Assembly (NCBI GenBank): GCA_963707025.1
Contig: CAVPOM010000007.1
Location: 416,001-480,000 of the forward strand
Direction: 5' to 3'
Origin: an uncultured Verrucomicrobiae bacterium
Lineage (GTDB): Bacteria; Verrucomicrobiota; Verrucomicrobiia; Limisphaerales; Palsa-1400
Length of the DNA stretch: 64,000 nt
In this document: positions 59,336-64,000 of the stretch, one piece after another
Numbering within the stretch: position 1 is the stretch's first letter
Layout: the number at the start of each line of letters is the position of its first letter
Program-made: the position numbers and the translations under genes
Notes under the pieces: model-generated
What the model was told of the DNA's origin: nothing
Database searches by the model: none
Seen by the model: the letters and a program-made list of their open reading frames with translations, nothing else

Positions 59336-60187
59336 TCAGAGGTAAAGGGCCTGTTCCAGATGCCGCACCACCACGCTCATGAAGGGATAACGCTCGGTCA
59401 GGTCGCGGGCCAGGCATTTGAGAATGACTTTTTCCAGGGCGGCGGGAATGTCGGGATTGAGCTCGCGCGGTGGAATCAGCTCGTCGTTGAGCTGTTTGCG
59501 CAGAATCTCCTCCGGCGTCTCGCCCGGAAACGGCTTGGCCAGCGTGAGCACTTCGTAAGCGGACACGCCGAAGGCGAAAATATCGGTGCGCTGGTCCAGG
59601 CCCTCGCGCTGCAATTGTTCCGGAGCCATATAGGCGGGGGTGCCGGGATTGTGCGCCATTCTTTTGGGCCTTTCCGGTTTGGGCCGGGCCAAGTCGAAGT
59701 CCACCAGGCGGACGCTGGCGTTGCGGGTCACCAGGATGTTCTCCGGCTTGTAATCCAGGTGGATGAAGCCGCTCTCATGGACGTGTTCCAGGGCGATGGC
59801 CATGTCAATTATAATCTGCGCCACATGGTCCGCCAGCGCCGGATCGTTGCGCCCCAGCAATTGTTTCAAGTTCGAGCCTTCCACATATTCCATGAGCAAA
59901 TAGGGCGTGCCCCCGATCCGGCCGTGCTCGAAATAGCCGATCACCTTGTCGTGCTCGTGAATTTGGGAAAGGATTTTGCAGCCGCGGGCGAAACGGCGGC
60001 GGGCCAGGAAATTGAAGCGCAGATCCTCGTGCAGGCGGCGCAGGGCAAAGGCGGCGCCTTGCGGGTCGGTGGCCACCCAGATGTCGGCCATGCCGCCGCT
60101 GTTGATCAATTCCTGCAAATAGAAGCGGCCGAAACGCCCCGGTTGCGGCGTCGGCCTGGCCTCCAGATCCATTGCGTCAGTTTCCAT
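59336..60187 (-). CDS. Stand-alone Ser/Thr protein kinase domain with atypical motifs
   Basis: SGGMA.IW, MEYVEG, HLDYKPENIL, GTPAYMAPEQ, DIFAFG. Confidence 0.88.
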   Translation of the reverse strand: METDAMDLEARPTPQPGRFGRFYLQELINSGGMADIWVATDPQGAAFALRRLHEDLRFNFLARRRFARGCKILSQIHEHDKVIGYFEHGRIGGTPYLLMEYVEGSNLKQLLGRNDPALADHVAQIIIDMAIALEHVHESGFIHLDYKPENILVTRNASVRLVDFDLARPKPERPKRMAHNPGTPAYMAPEQLQREGLDQRTDIFAFGVSAYEVLTLAKPFPGETPEEILRKQLNDELIPPRELNPDIPAALEKVILKCLARDLTERYPFMSVVVRHLEQALYL

Positions 60188-60365
60188 AAAACGGTCCTCA
60201 CACCAACCCCAGCCCCCATCCCGCCTAAACACGCGATTTTAGGGTCAATGGGCCGACAGATGCCAGCAAAAGAAAAAGAACCGATTTGCACTTTGAACTT
60301 GAGTGTGGCGGCGGATTTTGGCTGAATCGGCCTTCCCCAGGCGACCGATGGGGGGGAATTTGGAT

Positions 60366-60451
60366 GGTAGGTTACCCAAGTGGCCAACGGGGGCAGACTG
60401 TAAATCTGCTGGCTTACGCCTTCGATGGTTCGAATCCATCACCTACCACCA
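60366..60451 (+). tRNA. tRNA-Tyr (GTA)
   Basis: GGTAGGT/ACCTACC acceptor stem, CTGTAAA anticodon loop, long variable arm, GGTTCGAATCC, encoded CCA. Confidence 0.97.
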
Positions 60452-60899
60452 CCCCTTTTTCACGGGGTGAACATCACCAAGCTCCTTTATTTTCAATTGT
60501 TTTATTGGTGTTTTCGCTTTTTGGAATGTGCGCTTTTCTGCTCTTGGCGGCTTTTGGCGGCGTTCCTAAACGGATGCTCGTAAAGCATACAGAAAGCAAC
60601 CCATTGGCTTTGAGGCTGGTTTCCCGCTGGCGCTTGGTTTGGGCTTCCGATGACGTCGAAACCCAACGCCAAGGGCAAACCAGCGCGAAGGCCGGGCATT
60701 GCAGCGGGTCTGGCGGCGTTAGCTTGGTCCCGCGACCTGCGGTTGCAACATCGCCCGGCGCTGGCCGTCAACCGGCAGGGGCGTGAATCTTTGACCTGCA
60801 CGCAACGCGCAAAAGTCAAACCGCCGCCATCAACAATTCCTCGACCGTGCAAGAAACCTTCCATGTCCCAGCATGGTTTGGCATCCTGGAGTTTGTCGA

Positions 60900-62300
60900 A
60901 TGAGAAACCTGACCAAAGCAGTCATCCTGATCCTGGCAGCACTGGCTGCCCCTGGCGCCGCCACTGCCGCCGCGCCCCGCCCGCGCGGATTGCTGATTAT
61001 CGCGCCCGAAGCGTTTCGCCCCGCGCTGCGCGATTTCCTCGCTTTCAAAAAGAAGCTGCTCCCGGCGGAATTCAAGCCGCTGGAGAGCATCCTCGCCGCC
61101 GGCCGCGGGGTGGATGACCCGGAGAAACTCAAGCGGTTTCTGTACGACCAGTGGCGCGCCCACGGTCTCGGCTACGCCCTGTTGGTGGGCGACGTGGACG
61201 TCATGCCCGTGCGCTACATGGTCTTGGACCGCGTGACGTCCGCTGCTTTCAACTATGCGTTTTATCCCAGCGACCTCTATTACAGCGCGCTGGCCAAACC
61301 GGACGGCTCCTTTGACGATTGGAACGCAAGCAAGGATACCTTCCACGCTCTTTACTTCGGCGAGGTGCGCGGGGAGGCGAACAAGAACGACCCCATCAAT
61401 TACGACGCCATCACCTATCATCCCGACATCGCCATCGGTCGCTGGCCCGTCAGCACGGTCGAACAGGCGCATCACATCGCGGCCAAGACCATTGCCACCG
61501 AGCGGAACGTGTTAAGCGACACCAATCCCGGTGTCCGCCGCGCTGGTTTTCTGGCGGTGGGCGGATGGGTTGATGCGCGGCCGCTGGAGGACGAACTGGC
61601 CGCCAAACTCTCTGGGGGATGGTTGGTGGAAAAGCGGTATTATTCTGATGGGCGTCGAGAATCCGGCCTGCCGCCCGATCATGCGCAGGTCCGGCTGCTC
61701 TTTAACCGTGGCGCCGGGTTGATTGTCCACACCGGCCACGGCCAGCCCAACGCCTGGGATGAGTGCTTTTCCGCCGGCGATTTGCGCGCGTTGACCAACT
61801 CCGGCATTTTTCCGGTCCTTGTTTCGGCAGGTTGCAGCACCGCCCATTTCGCCCCCCTCCCGCCCTACGAGGCATACGTGGACATTTACGGGCAGGAGCA
61901 TAAGGGCACCGATGACCACGAGGTTTTCACCGCGCCGCCGCCGCCGCCCAATCCGTACCAGCGCGGACGCTTCAATCCGGGTTGCTTGGGCGAGGCCCTG
62001 CTGCGGAGCGCGACCAACGGGGCCGTGGCCTACATCGGCTGCGACACCGGCAGCCAGCCTTGCGCGCTGACGCTGGTCAACGGTTTTGTGGCGGGGCTGG
62101 CCGATGCCAGCCAGCCGCGCCTGGGCGATTGCTGGGCCAGCGCGGTCAAATTCTATTACGACCGCGAACACCTGGCCTCCTTGAAGCCGACGGAGGACTG
62201 GTATCCGCCGTCCATCTTCTTTCAGCCGATGAAATTCATGCTCTTCGGCGACCCCAGCCTGCGGCTGCCCGCCAATCAGCGGCTGCATGAGCCACGGTAG
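60900..62300 (+). CDS. Peptidase C25 (gingipain-like) family protein, secreted
   Basis: Signal peptide, YALLVGD, SDLYYS.L, PDIAIGRWP, HTGHG and SAGCST (His/Cys dyad), GAVAYIG, LFGDPSL. Confidence 0.85.
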   Translation: MRNLTKAVILILAALAAPGAATAAAPRPRGLLIIAPEAFRPALRDFLAFKKKLLPAEFKPLESILAAGRGVDDPEKLKRFLYDQWRAHGLGYALLVGDVDVMPVRYMVLDRVTSAAFNYAFYPSDLYYSALAKPDGSFDDWNASKDTFHALYFGEVRGEANKNDPINYDAITYHPDIAIGRWPVSTVEQAHHIAAKTIATERNVLSDTNPGVRRAGFLAVGGWVDARPLEDELAAKLSGGWLVEKRYYSDGRRESGLPPDHAQVRLLFNRGAGLIVHTGHGQPNAWDECFSAGDLRALTNSGIFPVLVSAGCSTAHFAPLPPYEAYVDIYGQEHKGTDDHEVFTAPPPPPNPYQRGRFNPGCLGEALLRSATNGAVAYIGCDTGSQPCALTLVNGFVAGLADASQPRLGDCWASAVKFYYDREHLASLKPTEDWYPPSIFFQPMKFMLFGDPSLRLPANQRLHEPR

Positions 62301-62410
62301 CTTTCTCCCGCCCTGTGGAGGGCTTGCCCCTGGGCGCGAGTTCAGGCTGGCGTGTCAATAATTCCTTCAGAACGAGGGAACTGAATTGCCGCCTGGCATG
62401 GCGGGAAAGG

Positions 62411-62437
62411 AGTTCGCCTTCGGGCGGGCTTTTTTTT
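62411..62437 (+). terminator. Rho-independent terminator
   Basis: AGTTCGCC-TTCG-GGCGGGCT stem with UUCG loop, followed by a T run. Confidence 0.8.
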
Positions 62438-62453
62438 GGCAGTCCGCCAGAGG

Positions 62454-64000
62454 TCAGGGCGCGGGCTTTAAGCCTTCCCAACGGACTGTCCACGAACCGT
62501 CGTTGGGAAAGCCCGGCGCGTTCCGGTCCGGCGCGCCATCCCAGCCCGCGGCCATCATCGCCACGGCGTAAAGCAGGCCGCCATTGCCTGGCAAATAAGG
62601 ACCGGGGCCGCCGGTGCAAATACCGCGTTGGTCGTAATGATTCTTCACAGAGGGATTGAGGAGCGCGTCAACCGCCAGGTTGGGATCGCCCACCCGGGCC
62701 GCCGCCATGGCCATCCAGGGAAAATCCCAGCCCCACGTCGCGTTCCAATTCCATCTCCGGCCCACCTCCTCCACCGTGCGCCGGGCCGTGGCGCGATCCA
62801 GACCGTGAAAGGGCGGCAACATTCCGGCGATCCCGATGATGTCAACGTGATCAAAGGTCCGGGTGGTGAAAGTGTCGGGACGATCATCGCCAAAGATATA
62901 AAGACCGTCTTTTTCCGGCAAGGGCGCGAGATGGCCGGCTACCTCATCCCAATGAGGCTCGCGCGGCAGGCCCAGGCGCACCCGCCACTGTTGCGCCATT
63001 TCCAGTCCGACGCGCCAGTAGCCCAGTTCGAAAATGGGATTCCTTCGCAAAGGACTGACGCGGCCTTCACTGGCAGGCCAGGCAGGGTCGAGATTGTATT
63101 GGCCGGTCGCCGGATCCCGTGGCGGGTAATCCGCCATGAAGTCGGCGGTTCCAAACACGATATTCTGCCACTTGGCCAGGGTGGCGGGCGACGGATGGAG
63201 CCGGTAATCCAGCTCGGCGAAGAAGATGGGGTGCGGCTCTTTCCAGAGCAGCGCCATCTCGGGAGGGAATCCATCATTGTAACCATCGGGGCCGGTCGTC
63301 TTGGGCCACATCAAGCCCTTGTAATCAAAGTTGCCGGCAATGGACTTTGCCACGGGGGCCACGCGCGGATAAATCGTGAGCGCTTTTTCGGCCATGGACC
63401 ACCGGTCCCAAAGAGCATAATGGGCCAGATGCCACCAGATCATTTCAAAATGCCACTTGCCATGCCACGGATCGGTTCCGGTCAGCCCAACTTCGGCCGG
63501 TGGATTGTCGCCCGCCGATTGCGCCGCCAACTCGTATTGGGAAAGCACGATCCGGCGTTCCAATTCCATCCAGCGCGGATCGCTGCTCCCGGACAGATCA
63601 ATGGCGCCGCCACTGTTCCAAAAAGCCGGCCATGACTTCGCACACGCCGTTTTCACATCTTCAAACCCGATCCTGGTTGCGTCCGCCGCATTGGTTCCAA
63701 AATGGCAGGTAAAATCAATGGAATCGGTTCCCGCGCCGGGAGTGAGGGTGAAACGATGAGGTGATGCGCCACCACCAATGCTCCAACTTTCATTCTCGGT
63801 GAGACTCTTGTTCCGCTCCTGTCCCCCAAGACGGTATTTGATTTCGAGATGTTTGATAAGACCCAACGCAGGATCGCCGCACAACGCATTGTTGGCGGTG
63901 ACTGTCCCATGGTCATAAATCGCGCCAGCCACTTGCGCGGTGGCATCGGCCCAGCCCCCGCCGTCGGCGCCGTAGCGGGCGCTTTTAATCTCCGGTTGAA
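62454..64000 (-). CDS. Six-hairpin glycoside hydrolase (GH65/GH95-like) with inserted small beta domain; 5' end outside the window
   Basis: FW.SGGAIDLS, ELERRIVLSQY, W.GK.H.EM.WWH, WGWDFP..AM.AAR, YLPGNGGLL.AVAMMAAGW. Insert A.YG...D.T...GDP...K.L.I.Y. Confidence 0.8.
   Translation of the reverse strand, partial: QPEIKSARYGADGGGWADATAQVAGAIYDHGTVTANNALCGDPALGLIKHLEIKYRLGGQERNKSLTENESWSIGGGASPHRFTLTPGAGTDSIDFTCHFGTNAADATRIGFEDVKTACAKSWPAFWNSGGAIDLSGSSDPRWMELERRIVLSQYELAAQSAGDNPPAEVGLTGTDPWHGKWHFEMIWWHLAHYALWDRWSMAEKALTIYPRVAPVAKSIAGNFDYKGLMWPKTTGPDGYNDGFPPEMALLWKEPHPIFFAELDYRLHPSPATLAKWQNIVFGTADFMADYPPRDPATGQYNLDPAWPASEGRVSPLRRNPIFELGYWRVGLEMAQQWRVRLGLPREPHWDEVAGHLAPLPEKDGLYIFGDDRPDTFTTRTFDHVDIIGIAGMLPPFHGLDRATARRTVEEVGRRWNWNATWGWDFPWMAMAAARVGDPNLAVDALLNPSVKNHYDQRGICTGGPGPYLPGNGGLLYAVAMMAAGWDGAPDRNAPGFPNDGSWTVRWEGLKPAP

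Noticed and set aside
59046..60600. Genomic island or prophage integrated at tRNA-Met or tRNA-Tyr
   Set aside because: No integrase and no duplicated tRNA 3' end found in the window; only AT-richer flanks

Overview
High-GC bacterial window whose gene content, intergenic repeats and protein families point to Verrucomicrobiota, probably Pedosphaera/Limisphaerales-like (inference). It opens with the 3' end of a group II intron (domains V-VI), followed by an rarA-ygfA-rny operon, a tandemly duplicated small lipoprotein gene and a partial ebo cluster (TatD/EboB, EboE, EboC). Glycan genes are abundant: GT2, GT10, GH95-like, GH76, modular GH2 and GH27, GH125, GH127, GH16, a beta-helix/LamG protein and a truncated GH. 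Other genes include an ECF sigma/anti-sigma unit, orphan kdpDE, a radical SAM enzyme, bcp, an atypical Ser/Thr kinase between tRNA-Met and tRNA-Tyr, and a C25 peptidase. Most notable: (1) a ~2500-aa internally duplicated membrane protein with a type-IV-pilin-like domain embedded in its middle; (2) several miniature inverted-repeat element families that each wrap a REP-like hairpin pair, two with clean target-site duplications and one nested in another, with the empty allele in the same window; (3) a 27-aa micro-ORF / possible 6S-like segment between rarA and ygfA. About a dozen single-base frameshifts suggest uncorrected long-read indels, so split genes should not be assumed to be pseudogenes. 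All family calls come from motif recognition, not database searches.
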